The notes below the pieces were generated by a model that saw nothing but the letters and a program-made list of their open reading frames with translations, made no database searches and was not told the DNA's origin. Below, one piece after another: positions 35,142-42,803 of a DNA stretch of 64,000 nt. Numbering within the stretch: position 1 is the stretch's first letter; each line of letters begins with the position of its first letter. The stretch comes from Dehalococcoidia bacterium. GTDB lineage: Bacteria; Chloroflexota; Dehalococcoidia; GIF9; AB-539-J10. The DNA lies in assembly GCA_030611085.1 (NCBI GenBank), contig JAUWQI010000003.1:4056-68055 (forward strand). Reading direction: 5' to 3'. Made by a program: the position numbers and the translations under genes.

Positions 35142-35267
35142 TTACATTGTCATTTTCACCCCCTTTATTGTATTGGTCGCCCTCACAGCGTAGGCTACAC
35201 AACCGGCAGCTACAACACAGCCAGCCGCTGCTACTGGTGCAGTAATAAAACCATCAGGTATATGCAT
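35142..35267 (-). pseudogene. CbiM-like N-terminal remnant (41 codons, not in ORF track)
   Basis: SD GAGGAGG, then MHIPDGFITAPVAAAGCVVAAGCVAYAVRATNTIKG. MHIPDGF is the hallmark metal-binding N-terminus of CbiM/NikM. The ORF stops after one TM helix. Confidence 0.55.
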
Positions 35268-35908
35268 AGAAACACCTCCTCAAAATTACTTTCTTAAGCT
35301 GCAAGCTGTCAGCTAACTAGGGTATTACCAATTTGGCGGACTTCGGATTATTTCTCATATCCTTAAAGTTATTACAACCGATTGCCATTGCAATCAATTG
35401 CATTAGCGAGGCAAAAAAACTTAGCCTCCCACCTGGCAATCGTGGCACTTTCTTGAAATAGCTAGATGCCTTATGCCAGCATAAAAACTATAATCACGAT
35501 AGCCTTTTTCCTGGAGACCTTTATGGCAACTCATTTTGAAATTGATTGTATCAGGATAAGAAAATTATTGCCAATAGGTTGCTGATGCAACAACTTACTT
35601 ACCATTGGATGTTGATTTATCCCTGAATAATTTTGGGCAACTTCGCTTTTGGATGGCTGAGCTATGGACACTGACTCTGGACTCCCTGCCTTAGGGTCTT
35701 CTTTGCTGGGAGTTGTCCTTCCCTTTCTGTTTCCATCTGCGTATCCATTAGCTTGGCTACTGGGCAGCCTCCACATTTGCTGCAGTGGCTCAGGATTTTT
35801 TTCTGCTATTTGTCTGCCTATTTTCATCTTCTTACTCACAAGTTATGATTGCGATTACTCTCTTTTGAGCGGGTGGGGCTGCGAGCATTAACTTTGTGTT
35901 TTCCTGGC

Positions 35909-36064
35909 TTAGAGTTCTTTGTTCAGTATTTTGCCTTTAAGGGTGTCCCACTGTTCCCTGGTAAGGACGCAGGTGTTGTCTCTTTCTCCTATTTCCACTC
36001 GCTCATCGGTTATCTTGACCACCGGGCAGCACGAGCCTGCACTACATAGGCTTACAATTTTCAT
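35909..36064 (-). CDS. small Cys-rich hypothetical protein (51 aa, not in ORF track)
   Basis: SD AAGGAGGAG 6 nt upstream. Product is MKIVSLCSAGSCCPVVKITDERVEIGERDNTCVLTREQWDTLKGKILNKEL. Confidence 0.5.
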   Translation of the reverse strand: MKIVSLCSAGSCCPVVKITDERVEIGERDNTCVLTREQWDTLKGKILNKEL

Positions 36065-36155
36065 GCTTTACTCCTCCTTTCTTTTAAAATCTCTAGGGTC
36101 CCCTGTTTAGCCCCACCCGCAGCTTAGGAAAGACCCTATGGCTAGGAAAGGTAAT

Positions 36156-36194
36156 ATAAAAAAGCTAATAGCTGATAGCTGATAGCTATTAGCT
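36156..36194 (-). terminator. candidate intrinsic terminator downstream of fdhD
   Basis: 11-bp perfect inverted repeat agctaatagct/agctattagct (36163-36173 and 36184-36194), followed on the minus strand by a T6 run. The stem is AT-rich. Confidence 0.45.
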
Positions 36195-36205
36195 GAAAAC
36201 TATCT

Positions 36206-36991
36206 TCAAATTTCAATCCTCCAACCATGAGAATATATGTTGAACCTTTTTGAATCGGCAAATCCTATAAGTGTTATCCTGTATTTATTGGCTTCTTTTA
36301 CAGCTAAGTCTGTGGGTGCAGCGATGCTTATGACTATGGGTATGCCGCAGAAAATTGCTTTCTTTATCGTGGAAGCCGTTTGTCGGCAGGAGGTAACTAG
36401 GAAGCTATCGGATAAATCGATTCCGTCTCTAATTGCCAGACCGATGGCTTTGTCTATGGAGCAATGCCTGCTTATATCCTCGACAAATTTGCCCGAATGG
36501 GCAAACTCAAATTGATTCACTGTAACTCCTTCGAGGTTTTTGCCCTTCGGCAAAATATCTCCACAAATCCCAATAACATGTGTACATCCAGTTTTTCGGA
36601 ACAAGAAACTATTTTTAGCTAAGCATTCTACCGAATAAAAAATCTCTTTGCTGGTTAATTTTTTATTGGACTCGCATGGTTGAGGAGTCTTCAGTAACCC
36701 TTTAACAAATGAAAGCTCAACATTAAATTCATTGTCTGCAATTTTCCTGATCTGGGAGAAGGAAGGATTTATACCCCTTGATGTCAAATTGCCGAGTATC
36801 ATTTCTTCCAGGTCAGTTGAGATACAGTAGAATTTATGGATCTCTCTGTCTATTCTAACAACAACCTCCTCTTCACGGATGACCTCATCCACCTTTTTCT
36901 CAGCACGGGTCTGAAGACCCGTGCCTACGAATATAGGTGTATCATCCTTGGAAACCACAGAGATTTCTATTTCCGAAATTCTTTTTTCCAT
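36206..36991 (-). CDS. fdhD: formate dehydrogenase accessory sulfurtransferase FdhD
   Basis: 261 aa. GCTHVIG, the SCRQTASTIKKAIFCGIPIVISIAAPTDLAV region and LIGFADSKRFNIYS. Confidence 0.85.
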   Translation of the reverse strand: MEKRISEIEISVVSKDDTPIFVGTGLQTRAEKKVDEVIREEEVVVRIDREIHKFYCISTDLEEMILGNLTSRGINPSFSQIRKIADNEFNVELSFVKGLLKTPQPCESNKKLTSKEIFYSVECLAKNSFLFRKTGCTHVIGICGDILPKGKNLEGVTVNQFEFAHSGKFVEDISRHCSIDKAIGLAIRDGIDLSDSFLVTSCRQTASTIKKAIFCGIPIVISIAAPTDLAVKEANKYRITLIGFADSKRFNIYSHGWRIEI

Positions 36992-37335
36992 GATTTATGG
37001 AAGTCCTTTATATCATCTATTATGCACTTGCAGGCATCGAAGGCTGCCCATCTGTGGGACGCTGAAACCGCTACCAGTAAAATGCTTTCTGATACTGGTA
37101 GAAATCCGACTCGATGTATTATTGCAACATCCTCTATATCAAATCTATCAATGGCTCCTTTTTCTATTTCTTTTAGTTTCTGAACGGCGTTCTCATTGTC
37201 CTCGAATTCCAATCCTGAACCTTCGGGGAATTCACGCACAGTGCCCAAATAAGTTAGTATGGCACCTATTCTTGGGCTCTTCATCTTCTTAACTATTTCA
37301 TCGACGGAGAAATCGCCTTTTCTTATCTCAATCAT
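36967..37335 (-). CDS. moaE: molybdopterin synthase catalytic subunit MoaE-like
   Basis: 122 aa. GAILTYLGTVRE, HRVGFLPVSESILLVAVSASHR and FHKSWKKE. Overlaps fdhD by 25 nt. Confidence 0.8.
   Translation of the reverse strand: MIEIRKGDFSVDEIVKKMKSPRIGAILTYLGTVREFPEGSGLEFEDNENAVQKLKEIEKGAIDRFDIEDVAIIHRVGFLPVSESILLVAVSASHRWAAFDACKCIIDDIKDFHKSWKKEFRK
37265..37311. repeat. 47-bp perfect direct repeat, right copy (inside moaE 5' end)
   Basis: cctattcttgggctcttcatcttcttaactatttcatcgacggagaa is identical at 41513-41559. Imperfect similarity extends to 37256-37365. Confidence 0.9.
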
Positions 37336-37487
37336 TTCAGTATATCCCTTTACAATAACATCAACCTCGTGAGATTGCTTCGCCTTCGGCTCACAATGAC
37401 TTAAAAGAACTGCTTGAGCCCTTACCTAAGGGCTAGGACTTATAAGCTTGTTTTAGCCAAAAATCCATATCCTAAAATTGCCTCTTA

Positions 37488-37964
37488 CTATCTACAATCC
37501 TGTAGTATTTCTTCTGAGTGATTCGTTACAAAATTCGTGATGGTCTGTAATTCCTGCTTTGCAGAGGAGCCAAACATCTTCTCTAATCTTTTTGCTTGTA
37601 GAATGTCTTCAATGCGTGGGATAGATTCAGAAGGCGTTTCTGTAATCCACCACTTTATATAATCGAGGATATGGTGTAAATACCAAGCCTTTATGTACTC
37701 CACCCCCTTTTGACGCAAGAATTTTAGCTGGATTTTCCTGGCATATTCTTTATTTCTGCCAGAATCATGCCTCATAAACTGTCCTATAGTAATGTGGGTT
37801 GGTCTGCCTTTACTATAAATTTTTGCATCTGGGTCTCTATCGCAAAAATCTAAGAACTCTTGGCATTTTTGAGGGAAATCGATTATCAGATTAATAAAGA
37901 CAGAGACTTCTTTGGATATTCCCATTTGTTCAGCCCACTTATTGTGGATTTCCCATTTAGGCAT
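37488..37964 (-). CDS. hypothetical His/Asp-rich protein (islet gene 5)
   Basis: Start taken at the ATG behind SD AAGGGGG. Product begins MPKWEIHNKW...RHDSGRN...YLHHILDY. No family recognised. Confidence 0.55.
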   Translation of the reverse strand: MPKWEIHNKWAEQMGISKEVSVFINLIIDFPQKCQEFLDFCDRDPDAKIYSKGRPTHITIGQFMRHDSGRNKEYARKIQLKFLRQKGVEYIKAWYLHHILDYIKWWITETPSESIPRIEDILQAKRLEKMFGSSAKQELQTITNFVTNHSEEILQDCR

Positions 37965-38037
37965 ATCCCACCCCCTTACCCTTCGAGCCAGATATAAGCT
38001 CCATTGCCAAATGCCAAGCATTTGAGCGAGCGAACAC

Positions 38038-38622
38038 TTAAATTTCAATCCTTCTTTCTTTACCTCTACTTAGATATTGACGATATAATTCGTCACCCAC
38101 CCAGCCAATCTCGGCTCCTGCAGCTGTGGATTCAAGCAATATCCACCTACCATTCTCTTCTGGAATCTCCCTTGTATATGCATTTGTTGGTATTTGGGCA
38201 ATATAGTTTGGGCTTACATATGCTTCAACAAATACATGGACTGGAACAAAAACGAGAGCGACCCTAAAACCATTTGCCCGCAGTAAGGTGGCCAGAAGAA
38301 TAGACTTACAATCACAATCTCCAGCACCGACATATATAGTTTCAAGTGCGTCAGCGAAATAGTCTTCATCCCAAGGGTCTGGCATGTAATCGATTTGCTC
38401 AGCAACAAATCTGTATATTTTCTCAATCCTGCATATCTCGTTCATATTGCAGCCTTCCGTCAATTGGGCTGCTATTCTCCTAATTTCAGGAAGTGTGGCA
38501 TCAGACATTATAGTCTTCTTCATTCCTTTCTCTAAGGAAGGTCTTTCCATGGCTTTCTTTACACCATAGCCGACCAAACTAAGCAATAACAAACCTAATA
38601 ACTTCTCATCATCTTTTGGCAT
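38038..38622 (-). CDS. membrane-anchored transglutaminase-like protein (islet gene 4)
   Basis: SD GGAGGG 5 nt upstream and an N-terminal TM helix. GAGDCDCKSILLATLLRANGFRVALVFVPVHVFVEAYV...WILLESTA fits the Cys-His-acid order of transglutaminase-like cores. Confidence 0.6.
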   Translation of the reverse strand: MPKDDEKLLGLLLLSLVGYGVKKAMERPSLEKGMKKTIMSDATLPEIRRIAAQLTEGCNMNEICRIEKIYRFVAEQIDYMPDPWDEDYFADALETIYVGAGDCDCKSILLATLLRANGFRVALVFVPVHVFVEAYVSPNYIAQIPTNAYTREIPEENGRWILLESTAAGAEIGWVGDELYRQYLSRGKERRIEI

Positions 38623-38786
38623 ATTACCCTCCTCTTCTTTATGTTTCAAAGATCGTGCGACAAAGCCAAAGCAACTCTATCCACAATCGTCGCTATCAAT
38701 TTCATATAACATTTTTGCGTTTGTAAAGTGCCGAAGGCATTTGGGCAAGCGAAGCTCATAATGTTCAAAGTTTCTCCCATGTGCCT

Positions 38787-40163
38787 TTATAGCCAAAACT
38801 CCTTTCCACACCTCTCGCAATATTTAGCAGATATCCTATTCGGTTTTCTGCAAAAATTACAATATTTGATATTCTCTGGTATGGGGGCTTCAGGTCCAAA
38901 TATCTTGGTTTCAATTGGAAACTTTGAGCCCTTGATTGCATATTCCAATTGTTTATCATCTGTCTTTGCTACAATGATGCCTCTCACCTGTTTTCCCTTT
39001 GCAAGATTCTCATGAACCCAAGCCATATATTTTTGGATTTGTCCAACCACTTCATAAGACCCGCTGCCTTTCTTCAATTCCACCACCATAAGGTTTTCGT
39101 CTTTGTCTTTGCACAAGATGTCTATAAAACCAACAGAGGTTGGGTATTGCCTTCCCACCACCCCTAAGCCCTCCTCCAATACACCTGGATTTGATACTAT
39201 AGAGTCCTCTATTTCTGATTCTGACACCTCGCTCACCACTTCAGTATCTTCCAAGTCCCCAAGAGCCCACTCATCTTTTACTCGCTCCTTTGCAATTTGA
39301 GAGACCTTGTCGGAAATACCCTCAATCTGAGGAAGCTTCTCTTTATAAGGTTGCATCACATCATATATAAATTTAGGAATTATGAAATCTATGCTGACAT
39401 TGCCATTTGCACTCACGTAAAACACCCAATAGCCAATGCCCAACTTAACTAATTCGTCCCCAAATTGCCAGAAGCTATATTCGTGTTGCTCATATAGAGA
39501 GATTAAATACAAGCCACTGGGACGTGAGATTTTCTTGAATCTGTATTCCTTTAATTCTTGAGCAAACATCACATTGAATAGATATGTCCATTCTTTTGTA
39601 TCAATTTCAAAGTAGGAGATTTCCCCCGTTTCCTCATTTACTCTGATAGGAAAATCCAAAAGCAGTTCGTATTTATCACTATACGACTCATCTCTTGCCC
39701 TGTGTTCTTCAGCCTTATGCAAAGATTCCTGGATTTTTTCTGGGATATAGTTCAATACAAAGGACAGTATTTGCGTATCTAATCCAGAAGAGATTACTTT
39801 AAGCCTTTCCTCTGTGTTTTCAGCTAACATCCTAGAAGTCCTATTCATCAATATTTTATCCAGCGAGTCTGTATCCTCATCATATGTTTCATAGGATAAA
39901 AAATCAGGCATGCTATTTAAAGATTCTATGAATATGTTCATCTTTTCCTTGATTTGTGGGACCAGCAAATTGTGCCTTTTCTGAAGATTCCTCTTGCAAG
40001 TAGTTCCTAACCACTTCTTGAATTCTCTCTCATGCTTATGGTATCCAGTCTTTGACGGCAAGCAATACGAGAAGACCCACAAGATATCCAAAAGCGTGTA
40101 ATCTCTCTTAGCGAGAACAGAACTATCAACGAATTGCTCTATTAAATCTCTATTGTTGTCCAC
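38787..40163 (-). CDS. fusion protein: unknown N-terminal ~330 aa + NucS/DUF91-like PD-(D/E)xK nuclease domain + C-terminal zinc ribbon (islet gene 3)
   Basis: GTG start behind SD GAGGAGG. GFIDILCKDKDENLMVVELKKGSGSYEVVGQIQKYMAWV carries D...ExK and QxxxY. C-terminal CNFC...CERCG. Confidence 0.6.
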   Translation of the reverse strand: MDNNRDLIEQFVDSSVLAKRDYTLLDILWVFSYCLPSKTGYHKHEREFKKWLGTTCKRNLQKRHNLLVPQIKEKMNIFIESLNSMPDFLSYETYDEDTDSLDKILMNRTSRMLAENTEERLKVISSGLDTQILSFVLNYIPEKIQESLHKAEEHRARDESYSDKYELLLDFPIRVNEETGEISYFEIDTKEWTYLFNVMFAQELKEYRFKKISRPSGLYLISLYEQHEYSFWQFGDELVKLGIGYWVFYVSANGNVSIDFIIPKFIYDVMQPYKEKLPQIEGISDKVSQIAKERVKDEWALGDLEDTEVVSEVSESEIEDSIVSNPGVLEEGLGVVGRQYPTSVGFIDILCKDKDENLMVVELKKGSGSYEVVGQIQKYMAWVHENLAKGKQVRGIIVAKTDDKQLEYAIKGSKFPIETKIFGPEAPIPENIKYCNFCRKPNRISAKYCERCGKEFWL

Positions 40164-40209
40164 CTTTAACCTCCTCTCAACTGTCTATAATGAAAAGTGT
40201 CAAGCTGCT

Positions 40210-40983
40210 TCATTTCTGCCTTTTCTCATCTAACAGTCTTTTGATGTCTTCCTCTAAGGCGTCTCCTCTGAGTATCCTTGGAACTAATTCCCCGTTTATC
40301 AAATGCAAAGCTGGCTGAACCTTCTGTAGCAAGCCAGCAACTTCTGGTCCTTCTATCATCTTGACGCTGTCTTTCTGCAAAACACCTATTTTTGTCAGAC
40401 CGCCACAATCGGGAGCTATTTCTATAACTTCGTTTATGGTGTAAGCAGCTACAGCCATCGCTTCATTGACGGTGATGTCCTGAATCCAGAGATTTTTTAG
40501 AAGCATCTCGGCAAAAGCTGCACCAGAACCGACAGTGCCATAGTCCTCCACTGGTTCTACAGTTCCGTCTCCGTGAACAATCCCCGAATAGAACTCGGTC
40601 TCGTTTTCTTCTATAGCTTTGGCACCAAAGACTAAAATAGGGGAAAAGTATTCCCTCTCATCTATATCTAATAATTTCGACCTTTCTATGTTATATTCCT
40701 TGTGCAAAGCCAACACCGTCTTCTCCAAGGTGTCCACGCATTCGTCTTCACTCAGGGTAGAACCTTTCTCACGCCTCTTTTCTTTAAGCGTAAACTTTAT
40801 AGCATCAACAGCTTTGCGTATATGAGCAACTGCTCCTGCACCAGCAACTATGAAGCTGTCATCCAACTGATACATCTTGTTTGCGTTGAGCCTCTTGATG
40901 GGAACTCCCCTGCTGAACTCGACCTGGCTGTCAGATGCAATCACGATACCGTCAACACATTTGATGCTTATAACTATTGTCAT
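40210..40983 (-). CDS. proteasome beta-subunit-like Ntn Thr hydrolase with ~60-aa C-terminal extension (islet gene 2)
   Basis: ATGA overlap with the upstream gene and SD AGGAGGG. MTIVISIKCVDGIVIASDSQ places Thr directly after Met. D17, K(33-35), AGAGAVAH and GSGAAFA blocks are present. Confidence 0.65.
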   Translation of the reverse strand: MTIVISIKCVDGIVIASDSQVEFSRGVPIKRLNANKMYQLDDSFIVAGAGAVAHIRKAVDAIKFTLKEKRREKGSTLSEDECVDTLEKTVLALHKEYNIERSKLLDIDEREYFSPILVFGAKAIEENETEFYSGIVHGDGTVEPVEDYGTVGSGAAFAEMLLKNLWIQDITVNEAMAVAAYTINEVIEIAPDCGGLTKIGVLQKDSVKMIEGPEVAGLLQKVQPALHLINGELVPRILRGDALEEDIKRLLDEKRQK

Positions 40984-41330
40984 TTTGGATTTCCCTCCTG
41001 TAACATTCCTATCATCTCCCAAATCACCTTTTCCTTCACCCGCACATAGGTCTCGTCATCAATACCAAGAGCTTGCCTACAGCTATCACGCATAATACAG
41101 TCTTTGGCAAGCCCGCAGCAGTAACCTATGTTTTTATAACAGGTAACGCTCATTGCTTTCTTTACATCGGCCTTCGTCTTCCTCACTTTTTGGTCTATTT
41201 CCTTTAATGATTCTAATTTCGTAACCAGTCTTTGAAGTCTGCGTTGCTCCCTCTCATCCTCTTCTTCAGAAATAACTTCTTTTGCCTCCAGAATAACCTC
41301 GTCGAAATTCATAATGCCCAGCTTTTCCAT
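40980..41330 (-). CDS. hypothetical coiled-coil protein with C-terminal Cys cluster (islet gene 1)
   Basis: 116 aa with SD AAGGAGGG. Acidic coiled coil, then CYKNIGYCCGLAKDCIMRDSC. Confidence 0.55.
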   Translation of the reverse strand: MEKLGIMNFDEVILEAKEVISEEEDEREQRRLQRLVTKLESLKEIDQKVRKTKADVKKAMSVTCYKNIGYCCGLAKDCIMRDSCRQALGIDDETYVRVKEKVIWEMIGMLQEGNPK

Positions 41331-41395
41331 CTAGATCTCCTTACCCTCCTTCGTCTTAAAGTTCCATTCCCTATCTGATATTGAAAGCTCACTGT

Positions 41396-41424
41396 ATTTT
41401 ATGCTTAGTGAGAGTTTTAGCCAA
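41396..41424 (-). promoter_or_regulatory. candidate sigma70-type promoter of the islet operon
   Basis: On the minus strand the sequence reads TTGGCT-N17-TAAAAT, about 65 nt upstream of the first islet ATG. Sequence pattern only. Confidence 0.3.
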
Positions 41425-41481
41425 GCTTATATCAATGAAAAGGAACATCCTAAAGCTAGAGCCATCATGCTTCTGCAAGCT

Positions 41482-41583
41482 TCAAATGCTAGTTCTCTGC
41501 GATAGTATCGCGCCTATTCTTGGGCTCTTCATCTTCTTAACTATTTCATCGACGGAGAAGTCGTTTCTTCTTATCTCTACCAT
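41482..41583 (-). pseudogene. moaE 5' remnant (first 27 codons, then divergent, stop after 33 aa)
   Basis: MVEIRRNDFSVDEIVKKMKSPRIGAIL|SQRTSI* versus intact MoaE MIEIRKGDFSVDEIVKKMKSPRIGAIL|TYLG. Confidence 0.8.
41513..41559. repeat. 47-bp perfect direct repeat, left copy
   Basis: Identical to 37265-37311. Confidence 0.9.
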
Positions 41584-41842
41584 CTTAGTATTTGCTCCTT
41601 CGGAGAAATCCTACCAGATATCAAAAATCAAAGATAAAATTTTGCGAAGCAAAAAGGGGACTAAATAAGGAACATTCATTTTAGTTTTGCCAAAGGCAAA
41701 TAAAATTACAACTCAAAATGTAAAAAGGCTTTACTAAACTGATTTTTAACTTTTGCTCTGTCATTTTGCATCTTGATTTTTGCTTTTTGACTTTCCTTTA
41801 GTATTTTGAATTTCGTGCTTAGAATTTATCCGTATTTGGTGC

Positions 41843-42790
41843 TTATTTCAGTATGCCTCTCACAATAACATCAACTGCTTCTTCCTCATTTAATCCCCTT
41901 GCCATCAATGTTTGCATTTGCTTCTTATCTATACTGCCGATGGCAGCTTCATGAGTAACCTTCGCCTGCTTATCATTCACATATACCATCGGTATTGCCC
42001 TTGCTATCACTCCTTCTCCATTCACGATTTCGAGGCAGTCAACATGCCCTCGGGCGAAGGGGGCGTTGCCATATGTTTCACCCCGGACTACTGCTTTGGC
42101 ATTATCATTTAATACCAAACGACTTTTTGCCAAACCGCGAGCCTCGGCGCCATCCAGATGGATTTTCTCCACTATACTTATGTCGTCTTCCTTTTTGCCA
42201 GAGACTTTTACCATGAGCTCGCTATTGCTTTTTTCCTCGCCAAAAATCTCAAAATCGTAGTCCAGCATGCCCACGCAGCCTTCAATTAAGACGAAGGTGC
42301 TCTGCCAAACGCCTTTCTTGCCCACCCTGATTTTTGCCTTAGGAATCACCTTAACCCCACCGAATTCTCCATGATAATGAGTTTCATGATAACTAAACTT
42401 GGCATTATCCCCGATATTTATGTCGGCGTTCATCTTATGTATTACGGCGACGGCGTTGGGGAAAATACAATGGGCAATAACATTTACCTCGCTGCCAGCT
42501 TGCGCCTCTACTTTCAATGTGATTTCTTGCAATCCCTCCTGAGGCAAAACGCCAAAACACAAATGGACAGGGTGTTTAATTTTTACCCCTTCCTCCACTA
42601 AGAAATAGATATTAACGCCAGTTTCTGTCTCCTCTGTCTCTACTTTTATTCCCGCAGCCTCGTTAGCGCTGAGGACTTTATTTTTATGGATAACAAGATT
42701 GCCTGCATCCCTGATTTTCAAGGCATTCAGGTTACCACCTGCCTTGCCATAGGCTTCAAGCATTGCTTCATATTCTTTAACAACAATCAT
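41843..42790 (-). CDS. SufB/SufD family Fe-S cluster assembly protein
   Basis: 315 aa beta-helix-type sequence ending KVTHEAAIGSIDKKQMQTLMARGLNEEEAVDVIVRGIL. Adjacent to sufC. Confidence 0.8.
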   Translation of the reverse strand: MIVVKEYEAMLEAYGKAGGNLNALKIRDAGNLVIHKNKVLSANEAAGIKVETEETETGVNIYFLVEEGVKIKHPVHLCFGVLPQEGLQEITLKVEAQAGSEVNVIAHCIFPNAVAVIHKMNADINIGDNAKFSYHETHYHGEFGGVKVIPKAKIRVGKKGVWQSTFVLIEGCVGMLDYDFEIFGEEKSNSELMVKVSGKKEDDISIVEKIHLDGAEARGLAKSRLVLNDNAKAVVRGETYGNAPFARGHVDCLEIVNGEGVIARAIPMVYVNDKQAKVTHEAAIGSIDKKQMQTLMARGLNEEEAVDVIVRGILK

Positions 42791-42803
42791 TTCTTAAACT
42801 CTC

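Larger units (their letters stand above)
37336..41503 (-). mobile_element. candidate integrated element / genomic islet of about 4.2 kb with five co-directional genes, no recognisable integrase
   Basis: Bracketed by a duplicated sufBD-3'/moaE-5' junction (37256-37365 versus 41504-41583 plus 41845-41875). Single-line hand counts gave about 38 percent GC inside the islet versus about 45 percent in ech. Confidence 0.45.

Noticed and set aside
35281-35530. Possible cobalamin riboswitch upstream of the CbiM-like remnant. The minus strand contains AAGTGCCACGATTGCCAGGTGGGAGGC, reminiscent of a B12-box region.
   Set aside because: The GCCACT core is imperfect (GCCACG). I could not find the conserved GGGAA/GGTG 5' elements. 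A cmsearch with RF00174 would decide.
35531-35839. 102-aa ORF on the minus strand in the degraded region.
   Set aside because: There is no SD, the predicted product is low-complexity and Pro/Ser/Gln-rich, and nothing supports conservation. Left uncalled.
37352-37365. Concern that the acaataacatcaac match to the sufBD 3' end (41862-41875) is coincidental.
   Set aside because: Not fully rejected. It is kept as supporting evidence only because the adjacent atttcagtat (37334-37343 / 41845-41854) also matches in the same order. Statistical alignment is needed.
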